A stretch of 63,161 nucleotides of DNA, counting the filler, from Thermodesulfobacteriota bacterium (GTDB lineage Bacteria > DASVDK01), in assembly GCA_036381125.1 (NCBI GenBank). It is 4 parts of 4 records of this genome, joined end to end, with 100 filler letters (N's around TTAATTAATTAA, not from the genome) between each part and the next. Parts side by side here need not be neighbours in the genome. Positions count along the whole stretch, not along the records: positions 1 to 16,058 come from DASVDK010000106.1; positions 16,159 to 38,257 come from DASVDK010000107.1; 2 more parts are not named here. One strand, written 5' to 3'. The notes under the pieces were generated by a model. It was given only the letters and a program-made list of their open reading frames with translations, did no database searches and was not told the DNA's origin. Both the position numbers and the translations under genes were made by a program. Position 1 is the first letter of the stretch. Every line of letters starts with the position of its first letter. Positions 8,680 to 17,765 of this stretch are shown here, one piece after another.

Positions 8680-9984
8680 ATGCCGAGCCCGCTGCCGCGT
8701 GCCGCGGATCATGCCGACGTTGGCGGCGCCAGGTCGAGAGACTCCCTCGTCGCCGACATCATCATCGCCAATGCCCCCGACCCGGTGTTCGTCTCGGACC
8801 TGGAGGGGAAGATCCTCCAGGCCAACGACGCCGTCTCGCAGCTCCTCGGCTTTCGCCGGGACGAGGTGCTCGAGCAGTCGCTGTCGCGCTTCATCAGCCC
8901 CGAGGAGACGCGGGAGTTCACGGCGGCGCTGCGCGAGGTGGTCGAGCGCGGCGTCACGCGCAACGCCCGGCTGAACCCCCGCAGCGCCTCGGGCGAGGTG
9001 ATCCCGACCAGCCTCAACGCCTCGGCGCTGCGCGACCCCGACGGCAAGGTCATCGGCGTCATCGGCATCCTGCGCGACATGCGGGAGCTGGACAAGGCGC
9101 GCGCCTACGCCGAGAGCCTCATCAAGAACGCCCCCGACCCGGTGTTCGTGTCGGACCTGGAGGGGAAGATCCTCCAGGCCAACGACGCCGTCTCGCAGCT
9201 CCTCGGCTTCAGGCCCGACGAGCTGATCGAGCAGTCGCTGTCGCGGATCCTGTCGCCGAAGGAGACGCGGGAGCTCACGGCGGCGCTGCGCGAGGTGGTC
9301 GAGCGGGGCGTGACGAGGAACGTCGTCCTCAACCCGCGGACCGCCTCGGGCGAGGTGATCCCGACCAGCCTCAACGCCTCGGCGCTGCGCGACCCCGACG
9401 GCAAGGTCATCGGGGCCATCGGCATCCTGCGCGACATGCGGGAGCTGGACAAGGCGCGCGCCTACGCCGAGAGCCTCATCAAGAACGCCCCCGACCCGGT
9501 GTTCGTGTCGGACCTGGAGGGGAAGATCCTCCAGGCCAACGACGCCGTCTCGGCGCTCCTCGGCTTCCGCCCGGACGAGCTCCTCGAGCAGTCGCTGTCG
9601 CGCTTCATCAGCCCCGAGGAGACGCGGGAGTTCACGGCGGCGCTGCGCGAGGTGGTCGAGCGCGGCGTCACGCGCAACGCCCGGCTGAACCCCCGCAGCG
9701 CCTCGGGCGAGGTCATCCCGACGACGCTCAACGCCTCGGCGCTGCGCGACCCCGACGGCAAGGTCATCGGGGCCATCGGCATCCTGCGCGACATGCGCGC
9801 CTACGAGCAGGTCGTGCGCGACCTCGAGGCGTCGAAGACGGAGCTTCAGGAGAAGATCCTCGACCTCGAGAAGTTCGAGGAGGTGGTCGTCGGCCGCGAG
9901 CTGAAGATGATCGCCCTGGAGAAAGAGGTGGAGCGGATGCGGGCCGAGCTCGAGAAGGCCAGGGCGGAGCGGGCCAGGGCCTGA
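8680..9984 (+). CDS. triple-PAS protein with C-terminal coiled coil and no output domain
   Basis: Three near-identical PAS/PAC units (NAPDPVFVSDLEGKILQANDA...IGILRDMR), followed by the tail LEKFEEVVVGRELKMIALEKEVE. Confidence 0.9.
   Translation: MPSPLPRAADHADVGGARSRDSLVADIIIANAPDPVFVSDLEGKILQANDAVSQLLGFRRDEVLEQSLSRFISPEETREFTAALREVVERGVTRNARLNPRSASGEVIPTSLNASALRDPDGKVIGVIGILRDMRELDKARAYAESLIKNAPDPVFVSDLEGKILQANDAVSQLLGFRPDELIEQSLSRILSPKETRELTAALREVVERGVTRNVVLNPRTASGEVIPTSLNASALRDPDGKVIGAIGILRDMRELDKARAYAESLIKNAPDPVFVSDLEGKILQANDAVSALLGFRPDELLEQSLSRFISPEETREFTAALREVVERGVTRNARLNPRSASGEVIPTTLNASALRDPDGKVIGAIGILRDMRAYEQVVRDLEASKTELQEKILDLEKFEEVVVGRELKMIALEKEVERMRAELEKARAERARA
8770..9797 (+). repeat. 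intragenic tandem repeat, 357-bp period, about 3 copies
   Basis: AAYGCCCCCGACCCGGTGTTCGT recurs at 8770, 9127 and 9484. Confidence 0.95.
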
Positions 9985-11141
9985 TGGCCTCCGCCGATCG
10001 ACCGGCGCGCGGCCGGCGCGCCCGTCCGCTCTCCCCGTCGAGGCTCCTCGACGAGAACCGGCGGCTGCGCGAGCAGGTGGGCGCGCTCGAGCTCCGGCTC
10101 CGCAGGCGCGACGAGCAGCGGCGGGCGATGCTCCACATCATGAGCGACCTCAACGAGGCCAACAGGCGCCTCGACGACCAGCGGACGGCGATGCTCCACA
10201 TCCTGCGCGACTACGAGCGCGACCGCAGCCGGCTGGCCCGCCAGACCGAACGCCTCGACAACTCGCGCCGCGCGCTCCTGCACATCCTGCAGGACTCGCA
10301 CCGGTCCATGCTCCGGCTCGAGAGCACCCGGAAGGCGATGATCCACATCATGAGCGACCTGCACGAGACGACCGCCGAGGTGCGGCGGCGCGAGCAGGAG
10401 CTTCGGGACAAGCAGGAGCAGCTCGTCCAGGCGGGCAAGCTGGCGACGCTGGGGGAGCTGACGACCGGCGTCGCGCACGAGCTGAACAACCCGCTCAACA
10501 ACATCGGGCTCTTCGTCGGCAACGTCATCGACCAGGTGGAGATGGGCCTCGAGGACAAGGCGCGGATCCTCGGCGAGCTGCGCAAGGCGATGCAACAGGT
10601 CCGCAAGGCGACCGAGATCATCTCCCACCTGCGCACCTTCGGGCGCGCCGCGCCGGCGACGCGCGAGCCGATCGCCATCAACGACGTCGTCGAGCGGGCG
10701 CTGTCGCTCGTGCGGGAGCAGTTCCGGCTGCGGCAGATCGAGGTGGCGCTGTCGCTCGGCCCGCCGGACACGCTGGTCGTCGGCAACGCGATCCAGCTCG
10801 AGCAGGTGGTCATCAACCTGCTGACGAACGCGCGCGACGCCGTGGCCGCCTCCTCGAGGAAGCTGGTCTCGATCACCGGGACGACTCGCGGCGGGGTCGC
10901 GGAGCTGGTCGTCGAGGACACCGGCCCCGGCATCCCGAAGGGGCTCGAGCAGCGGATCTTCGACCCGTTCTTCACGACCAAGGAAGTCGGCGCCGGGACC
11001 GGCCTCGGGCTGTCGATCACGTACGGGATCGTCAAGGCGCACGAGGGCACCATCCGCGTCGCGACGCGGCCGGGCGCGGGGGCGACGTTCGTCATCGAGC
11101 TGCCGCTGGCCGGGCGGCGTGAGGGGGAGGCACGGGCGTGA
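9984..11141 (+). CDS. cytoplasmic histidine kinase with repeated His-containing coiled-coil N-terminus
   Basis: LVQAGKLATLGELTTGVAHELNNPL, NARDA, DTGPGI, FDPFFTTK and GTGLGLSI. The ATG overlaps the TGA of the PAS gene. Confidence 0.9.
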   Translation: MASADRPARGRRARPLSPSRLLDENRRLREQVGALELRLRRRDEQRRAMLHIMSDLNEANRRLDDQRTAMLHILRDYERDRSRLARQTERLDNSRRALLHILQDSHRSMLRLESTRKAMIHIMSDLHETTAEVRRREQELRDKQEQLVQAGKLATLGELTTGVAHELNNPLNNIGLFVGNVIDQVEMGLEDKARILGELRKAMQQVRKATEIISHLRTFGRAAPATREPIAINDVVERALSLVREQFRLRQIEVALSLGPPDTLVVGNAIQLEQVVINLLTNARDAVAASSRKLVSITGTTRGGVAELVVEDTGPGIPKGLEQRIFDPFFTTKEVGAGTGLGLSITYGIVKAHEGTIRVATRPGAGATFVIELPLAGRREGEARA

Positions 11142-12973
11142 CGCCCTCCCGGATCCTCCTGGTGGACGACGACCGGGCCCTGCTCCAGGCGCTCCCCGAG
11201 CTGCTGCGGCTGCGCATGCCGTGGGTCGCCGCCGACGCGTGCGACGATGCGGCCGCGGCGCTCGAGCGGCTCGCGGCCACCGACTACGAGGCCATCGTCA
11301 CCGACGTGAAGATGCCCGGCATCGACGGGCTCGCGCTCCTGCGCGAGATCCGGGCGAGGCGGCCGGAGACGCCGACGCTGCTCATCACCGGGCACGGCGA
11401 GCACGACCTCGCCGTGCGGGCGCTCCGCGGCGGCGCGTACGACTTCGTCCAGAAGCCGATCGACCGGGACTACTTCGTTGCCTCGCTCACGCGGGCCATC
11501 CGGACCCGCCAGCTCTCCCGCGAGGTCGAGCGGCAGAGGGCGGCGCTCGCGTACCACGCCGGCCAGCTCGAGCGGATCGTCGAGGCGCGCACGCGACAGC
11601 TCCTCGAGGCGAACGCGGCAAAGGACCGCCTGCTGCGGCGCGAGCAGGAGGCCAGGGCCGCGGCCGAGGCGGCGCAGAGCAGCCTCGCCTTCCTGGCGGA
11701 GGTGAGCAGCCGGCTCGCCAGCTCGCTCGACTACCGGGCGACGCTCACGAGCCTCGCCGAGCTCGCCGTCCCGACGCTGGCCGACTGGTGCGCGGTCGAC
11801 GTGGTCGAGGAGGCCCGGTCGATCCGGGAGCTGGCCGCGGTCCACGTCGACCCGGCCCGGGTCGACCTCGTGCAGGACGCGCGGCCGGGCGGCCCGGCCG
11901 CGCCGGAGGCGCCCCTCGGCGTGCGTCGCGTGGTGGAGACCGGACGCGCCGAGCTGGTCCCGGAGGTGTCGGACGCGATGCTGCGGGCCGCCGCGCGGGA
12001 CGAGGCGCACTACCGGCGCCTGCGCCGGGTCGGGTGCGCATCGTACATGGCCGTACCGCTCATCGCGCGGGGGCGGACGCTCGCCGTGATGACGCTCGCG
12101 ACGGCGGACTCCGGCCGCCGCTACGGTCCGGCCGACCTCGCGCTCGCCGAGGACGTGGCGCGCCGGGCCGCGCTCGCCGTGGACAACGCCCGGCTCTACC
12201 AGGAGGCCCAACGGGCCGTCCGCGCGCGCGACGCCTTCCTCGCGCGCGCCTCCCACGAGCTGCGCACGCCCCTCACCTCGGCCCTCGGGACCGTCCGGCT
12301 CCTCCAGCGGAGCATGGCCGATCGGCCGAGGGAGGACAGCGCCGCCCTCGTCGACATCGCCTGCCGGAACCTGAGCGCCATGGCGACCCTGGTCGACGAC
12401 CTGCTCGACGCCTCGAAGCTCGGCCTGGGCCGCGAGACGCTCGCCATCGAGCCGGTGGCCGTGGCGGAGCTGGTCCGCGCCGGTCTCGAGGTCGTCGGCG
12501 AGCAGGCGCGCGAGAAAGGGGTCGCGTTGCAGGCCTCCGTCCCCGACGACCTCCGCGTGCGGGCCGACCGGATCAAGCTCGAGCAGGTCCTCGTCAACCT
12601 CCTGATCAACGCGATCAAGTTCACGCCCGGGGGCGGGTCGGTGGCGGTGGAGGCGGAGGCCGGGCCGGACGCCGTGACGATCCGGGTGCGGGACTCCGGC
12701 GAGGGCCTCGCGCGCGAGCACCTCGAGTCGATCTTCGAGCCGTTCGTCCAGGCCTCCCGCGCCGCCTCCTCGGGCCCGACCGGCCGGCGCCACCCGCCGC
12801 GGCCGCGCGGCACCGGCCTCGGGCTCGCCATCTGCCGCCAGATCGTCGACCTCCACGGCGGGGCGATCTGGGCCGAGAGCGACGGGCCGGGCCGGGGGAG
12901 CACTTTCACCTTCCGGCTCCCGCAGTCGGCCGCGACCCGCAGCGAAGGCCCGCCCTCCGCCGTCGGCTTCTGA
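11138..12973 (+). CDS. hybrid REC-GAF-histidine kinase
   Basis: REC (ILLVDDD, TDVKMPG, FVQKP), GAF (ADWCAVD, YMAVPLIARG, ALAVDNARLY), ASHELRTPL and NAIKFT. Confidence 0.9.
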   Translation: MTPSRILLVDDDRALLQALPELLRLRMPWVAADACDDAAAALERLAATDYEAIVTDVKMPGIDGLALLREIRARRPETPTLLITGHGEHDLAVRALRGGAYDFVQKPIDRDYFVASLTRAIRTRQLSREVERQRAALAYHAGQLERIVEARTRQLLEANAAKDRLLRREQEARAAAEAAQSSLAFLAEVSSRLASSLDYRATLTSLAELAVPTLADWCAVDVVEEARSIRELAAVHVDPARVDLVQDARPGGPAAPEAPLGVRRVVETGRAELVPEVSDAMLRAAARDEAHYRRLRRVGCASYMAVPLIARGRTLAVMTLATADSGRRYGPADLALAEDVARRAALAVDNARLYQEAQRAVRARDAFLARASHELRTPLTSALGTVRLLQRSMADRPREDSAALVDIACRNLSAMATLVDDLLDASKLGLGRETLAIEPVAVAELVRAGLEVVGEQAREKGVALQASVPDDLRVRADRIKLEQVLVNLLINAIKFTPGGGSVAVEAEAGPDAVTIRVRDSGEGLAREHLESIFEPFVQASRAASSGPTGRRHPPRPRGTGLGLAICRQIVDLHGGAIWAESDGPGRGSTFTFRLPQSAATRSEGPPSAVGF

Positions 12974-13030
12974 ACGCCGCTTGCCAGGCGCCTCGAGCCG
13001 GCATTCCCTCGCGGCGATGCGGTCCGCCGC

Positions 13031-13221
13031 GAGACGCTCACGGCCGCCGACGACTTCGCGGTGCACAGCCACGGCTCGGTCGGGCCGTCGTGCGCCGTCG
13101 CCGAGGTGGTCGACGGGAAGCTCACCGTCTGGACCGCCTCGCAGGCCGCGCTCCTGGCCCGCGAGGTCGGCGCGCCGTGCCGTTCACCCCCGACGAGGTC
13201 CTCGCGGCGCTGAAGGCCTGA
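13031..13221 (+). pseudogene. collapsed remnant of a xanthine-dehydrogenase-family molybdopterin-binding subunit
   Basis: Three normally distant motifs are juxtaposed: HGSVGPSCAVAEVVDGKLTVWTASQ, ALLAREVGAP, and (frameshifted) VPFTPDEVLAALKA*. Confidence 0.7.
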
Positions 13222-13225
13222 CCAG

Positions 13226-13330
13226 GGGGTCAGGCCTCGACCGACGGGGTCAGGTCTCTACTTTTTCCCGGGCTGGACCGGCGGAAAATGGAAAGACCTG
13301 ACCCCATGGAAAATGGAAAGACCTGACCCC
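13226..13330. repeat. REP/REPIN-like nested inverted-repeat element
   Basis: GGGGTCAGGCC..GGGGTCAGGTCTCTACTTTTTCC-loop-GGAAAATGGAAAGACCTGACCCC, with the right arm duplicated in tandem. Confidence 0.85.
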
Positions 13331-13333
13331 GTG

Positions 13334-13921
13334 CTAGAGCGCGAGCATGAGGAGGCCGGAGAGGAGGAGGACGAGCGCCCAGAGGAGGTCGAGGTTCACC
13401 CAGGCCCGGCGCAGGAGGCCGAGGCCGAAGCGGTCGAAGACCGCCAGGGCGATCACCCCGGCGACGGCGAGCATCGCGGCGGTGTGGATCCCCACGGCCG
13501 CTGCCGTCGTCGCGGCGCCGAGTTCGAGGAGCGCCGGCATTGCCATGAGCCCGGCGCCGTGGACCGACGACGCGAGGAACGACCAGAGGGCGAGGCCGGC
13601 GAAGCCGACGCGCATGCCGGCCCGCGCCTTGTGGCGGACGCCGCGCACCAGCCGGTAGCCGCCGAAGGCGACGAGCGCGCCCGACACGCCGAGGCGCACC
13701 GTGCGCTCGTCGAGGGTGCCGCGGGCGGCCGCCAGCAGGGCGGCCGTCGCGGCGAGCGAGGCGGCGTGCCCGAGGGCGATCGGGACCAGCGCTCTCCCGA
13801 CCGCCCTCCGGTTCCGTTCCTGAAGGCCCAGGCCGACCGCGAAGAGCCAGCCCATCGCCGGGTTGAGCCCGTGGAAGGCGCCGAGCAGCGCGAGCGTCAC
13901 CCAGGGCCAGAGGTCGGCCAC
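13334..13921 (-). CDS. multi-TM membrane protein with intramembrane His residues, co-oriented with SBP56
   Basis: GAFHGLNPAMGWLFAV, IALGHAAS, SVHGAGLM, GIHTAAML and RRAWVNLD. Confidence 0.8.
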   Translation of the reverse strand: MADLWPWVTLALLGAFHGLNPAMGWLFAVGLGLQERNRRAVGRALVPIALGHAASLAATAALLAAARGTLDERTVRLGVSGALVAFGGYRLVRGVRHKARAGMRVGFAGLALWSFLASSVHGAGLMAMPALLELGAATTAAAVGIHTAAMLAVAGVIALAVFDRFGLGLLRRAWVNLDLLWALVLLLSGLLMLAL

Positions 13922-13928
13922 GCCGCCT

Positions 13929-15320
13929 TCAGGGGAAGCAGAACGAGTCGGACGAGGCGTCGCCCCCCTCGAGTCGCACCTGGTGCGGGCGGTATCCCGG
14001 CGGGGTCTCGAGGAAGAAGCGCCGGTCGAACGAGAGGCCCCCGTTCGGACCGACGTCGAGCCTGGCCATCCAGCCCGAGATGCCGTCCGGGTAGAACTGG
14101 CCGTCCCAGGGGCCGTAGAGCGAGTTCGTGACGTAGACGCGCCGGCCGTCGCGGCTCACCTCCACCATCTGCGGGCCGCCGTTCCTGGGCGTCGGCGACG
14201 CCGGATGCGGCGCGCGGCGGACGATGCCGCCGACGTGGACCGAGCCGGTCAGCGACGGGTTCAGCGGATCGGATACGTCGTATTGCCGCATCTCGCCCGT
14301 CCCCCAGCACGAGACGTACAGGAAGCGGTCGTCGAGCGACAGGTCGATGTCGGTCACGAGCGGCGGCACCGCCTTGAAGCCCTGGAGCAGCGGCGGCAGC
14401 AGCGCCGGGTCGGCCGGCTCGGCCGGGATCTCGATGACCTTCTGGACGTGGAACGTGCCGCCGGAGAGGTACCAGAGCCAGATCGACGAGGAGAGGTCCT
14501 CGAGGCTGACGACGACGCCCGCGAAGCCGTACACCCGGGTCGGGTCGTGCGCGGGCCGAAGCTCGAGCACGAGCTGCTGGGCGTCGCCGAGGTCGAGCGT
14601 CTGCAGGTGACGCCGCCGCCGCAGGTCGAAGACGTGCAGCCGCTTGCCGTACTTCCCGGCGAGCAGGAGCTCGGGCACCAGGCCCCCCTCGATCATGTTC
14701 GGCGTGCCCCACTCGCTCGTCACCATCGTGTCGTACCCGAGGTGCCAGGCGAAGTCGTAGGCGAGGTACTGGGGGCCGCGGTCCACCTCGAAGCGCCCGA
14801 GGACGTCGAAGCTGTCGTGGTCGAGCACGAAGACGCCGCCGGGGCCGTCTCCCTCGGGGTTGCCGAGGGCGCTCACGTAGATGCCGTCCGGACCGCAGTG
14901 GAGCGTGTGCGGCCGCGAGTAGCCGGTGCGCCTGGCCAGCTCGCCGGCCTCGATCGCCTTGATCAGGCTCGGCCGCCTGGGATCGGGGCGGGTATCGATG
15001 ACGTGAATGCGCGACGAGCGGAGCCCCGGGACGATCAGGTAGCGGCGCTCGACGTGCGGGTGGGGTGCGTACGGGCAGAGGGCGGAGCTGCAGGCGTTCC
15101 ACCCGAAATGGTGCAGCTCGTCGCCGGCGTTCGGCATGTCGAGCTGCCCGACCGTGCGGCCGTACGTCGACGAGGCCGGGTCGACGTCCACGACGGCGAG
15201 CGCGTCGGGCCGGCTGCCGTCGACGTTGATCATCGCCACGTAGGCGAGGCGTTCCGGGGGCGCCTCCATGGCCATGCGGGCCGACGGGTAGAAGGTCGGG
15301 TCGGGTCGGAAGGTGGCCAT
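13929..15320 (-). CDS. selenium-binding protein SBP56 / SELENBP1-type methanethiol oxidase homologue
   Basis: GDELHHFGWNACSS, SRPHTLHCGP, YDFAWHLG, SEWGTP, SLDDRFLYVSCW, GGPQMVEVSRDG and GGDASSD. No signal peptide. Confidence 0.9.
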   Translation of the reverse strand: MATFRPDPTFYPSARMAMEAPPERLAYVAMINVDGSRPDALAVVDVDPASSTYGRTVGQLDMPNAGDELHHFGWNACSSALCPYAPHPHVERRYLIVPGLRSSRIHVIDTRPDPRRPSLIKAIEAGELARRTGYSRPHTLHCGPDGIYVSALGNPEGDGPGGVFVLDHDSFDVLGRFEVDRGPQYLAYDFAWHLGYDTMVTSEWGTPNMIEGGLVPELLLAGKYGKRLHVFDLRRRRHLQTLDLGDAQQLVLELRPAHDPTRVYGFAGVVVSLEDLSSSIWLWYLSGGTFHVQKVIEIPAEPADPALLPPLLQGFKAVPPLVTDIDLSLDDRFLYVSCWGTGEMRQYDVSDPLNPSLTGSVHVGGIVRRAPHPASPTPRNGGPQMVEVSRDGRRVYVTNSLYGPWDGQFYPDGISGWMARLDVGPNGGLSFDRRFFLETPPGYRPHQVRLEGGDASSDSFCFP

Positions 15321-15504
15321 CTCGTGGTCCTCCTCGCTTCGAACATACGCCTCCCATACGGGCGGGACAACGTGTACGTGGAGGAATGTGCGGCGGCACG
15401 GGTTGGGCGGGTGCCGGGCATGGTTCCTGTAACGTTTCAACGTCTTGCCCGTCGCATGGGGGCGACACGGCGCGCGCCGCCACACGCGGGCCAGGAGGAG
15501 AGCC

Positions 15505-16058
15505 ATGCACCCCACCTCACCGAAGCACCGGCTCGCGGCGGCGATCACCGCGACGGGCGTGCTCGTCGCGACCGGGGTGGTCACGGCATGGGGCCAGACG
15601 AGCGGCACGGTGCAGCCCGACCAGCCGGGACAGCTCGACGTCCCCGGCAAGGGTCCGGCGCAGCCGGAGGCGTTGCCGGGCCAGCGGACGCAGCCGGGCG
15701 ACACCCAGCGGACCGGACCCCTCAAGGAGCAGGCCGTCCAGCAGGGCACGAGCGGAACGACCGACGACAGGCTGGCCGCCTACGTCAAGGCCCGGCAGCA
15801 GCTCGAGCGAGACGATCCGAGCATGAGACGTGCGCTCGAGACCGGCGACTTTGCCGGGCGAATGGACACCGTCCGGGCGGCCCTCAGGGGCTCGCAGATG
15901 ACCCCCGAGGAGTTCGTGCAGATGCACGAGCAGGTGCAGCGCGACCCGGCGCTCGAGGCCCAGGTCGAGGCGCAGCTCGGCGCGGCCTCCGGTACGTCGG
16001 GCTCCGCGCGCGGCACCGGCGTGCCCCATCCGGCGGGCGGGGCCGAGGTGCCCGCGGG
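15505..16058 (+). CDS. secreted protein, DUF4168-like, truncated by contig end
   Basis: AGGAGG RBS, signal peptide, and LAAYVKARQQLE...MTPEEFVQMHEQVQRDPALEAQV. Confidence 0.6.
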
Positions 16059-16158
16059 NNNNNNNNNNNNNNNNNNNNNNNNNNNNNNNNNNNNNNNNNN
16101 NNTTAATTAATTAANNNNNNNNNNNNNNNNNNNNNNNNNNNNNNNNNNNNNNNNNNNN
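16059..16158. other. assembly spacer (contig join)
   Basis: N run containing the six-frame-stop linker TTAATTAATTAA. Confidence 0.99.
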
Positions 16159-16703
16159 CCGTGCGGGCCCAGCCACGCGCTCGCCTGCGCGACCGCCGCC
16201 GCCGTCGAAGCCCCGAGCGCCTCGCCGGCCGGCACGAGCCGCACGGCCTCGTCCAGATCGAGCTTGCCGGCACGGCGCAGCAGGAGCATCGTCAGGACGA
16301 GTGGTCTGGCGACGGCGCCCGCGCTCACCGCCGCGTCGGGCACGGCCAGCCGCACGACGATGGGCATGTACACGACGGTGACCGGCGGCAGGAGCACCAG
16401 GAGCGTGGCGGCGATCGCCAGGTCGCCCTCGGCGGCTTCCGCCAGCTTGATCAGGAACGGCGCGCCGGCTGCCGTCGCGATCAGGATCAGCCCGACTTCC
16501 AGCGGCCGGTTCGGGCGGAGGGCCTGCACGACGGCGAACGCCAGGAGCGGGACCAGCGCGAAGTTGGCGACGAGCGCACGGATCACGCCGCGCGCGTTGC
16601 GCAGCGGCTCGAGGATCTGCCGCACCGTGTAGCTGAAGCCTACCGACAGCATGCTGCTCACGGCGAAGACCAGCACGGCGAGGCTCGAGAGGAGGTCGGT
16701 CAC
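16159..16703 (-). pseudogene. bile acid:sodium symporter-family fragment fused to an unrelated (possibly SulP/STAS) tail
   Basis: VFAVSSMLSVG...ALVANFALVPLLAF...AAGAPFLIKLA switches abruptly after VLTMLL to RRAGKLDLDEAVRLVPAGEALGAST. Confidence 0.6.
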
Positions 16704-17545
16704 GACGTCTCCCCGTGACGGCGGCCCCCTGGTCGGTCGCCACCGCCGCCCGCGTGCCCGTGCGCGCTCGATCGGCCCTGACCGTCTTGCCCATGCCGTC
16801 CGGTGATGTCGATGTCGGCGGCCTGCTCCTCGCCGGACAGGCAGGCCTCCTCGACCTGGATGGTCGAGAAGTAGACGTGGAAGCGCTGCTTCAACCGGTC
16901 GGTCGCCTCGCGCAGGACCCGCTCCCCATCTTCTGCGAAGCGTCGAACGCAGACGTGTCCGGAGAAGAGGTTGCGCCCGGAGGTCAGGCTCCAGGCGTGG
17001 ACGTGGTGGACGTCCGTGACGCCCTCGATGCTCCGCAGCGCCCCGATCGCCGCGCCGAGGTCGAAGCCTTCCGGCGTGCCCTGCAGGAGGATCCGCAAGG
17101 CCGGGCGGAGGACCCTCCACGACGCCCAGAAGAGCACGAGGCCGAAGGCCATGCCGAGGAGGGGATCGATCGCGAGGAAGCCGGTCGCGCGGATCACCAC
17201 CGCCGACACGACGATGATCAGGCTGCCGACGAAGGTCTGGATGATGTGCCAGAACGCCCCCTTCATGTTCAGGTTGTCCTTCTGGCGCTCGTAGAGGAGC
17301 CGGAACGCGATCAGCTCCGTGATGATCCCGCCGAAGGCCGCGTACAGCATCACGGTCGTCGGCAGCTCGATCGGCTCCCGGAGGCGCATGGCGCCCATCC
17401 AGAGCACGTACGCCGCCATGACGACGAGGAAGACGCCGTTGAACAGGGCGCCGATGATCTCCGCACGGCCCCAGCCGAAGGGGTGCGACGGCGTCGCCGG
17501 CCGTTCGCTCAAGCGCTGCGCGACGAGGGCGATGAGCACGCCTCC
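16700..17545 (-). pseudogene. cation diffusion facilitator (CzcD-like), 5'-truncated
   Basis: FGWGRAEIIGALFNG, NLNMKGAFWHII, ILLQGTP, HHVHAWSLTSG and STIQVE. TM1 and most of TM2 are missing. Confidence 0.75.
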
Positions 17546-17549
17546 GACC

Positions 17550-17765
17550 GCCGCGCCAGCTCGACCACCGACACGTCGGTCGAGGACGCGAACACGTGGA
17601 ACAGGACCGAGAGCGCCACCCCGAGGCCCACGGCAGCCTGGATCGGCAGGGTGAGTGCCGACAGGAACGTCGTGACGCCGGCGATCCGGGAGGGCCAGCC
17701 GGCGCGCCAGACCTCGGCCACGTCCGAGGGGTGGATGCTACGTATGGCGACGACGACGAGCTGAC
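17550..17765 (-). pseudogene. internal fragment of a SulP-family anion transporter
   Basis: VWRAGWPSRIAGVTTFLSALTLPIQAAVGLGVALSVLFHVFASSTDVSVVEL resembles the last SulP TMs before the STAS domain. Confidence 0.55.

Noticed and set aside
8770-9797. PAS repeats as a possible DGR template/variable repeat pair
   Set aside because: Differences are not adenine-specific, all copies are in-frame domains, and no reverse transcriptase is present.
13226-13330. Tandem GGAAAATGGAAAGACCTGACCCC as a possible CRISPR array
   Set aside because: There are only two adjacent copies, no spacers and no cas genes. The inverted-repeat architecture fits a REP-like element.
16059-16158. TTAATTAATTAA palindrome within N runs (also at 38258 and 60787)
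   Set aside because: It is an artificial contig linker, so gene adjacency across it has no biological meaning.
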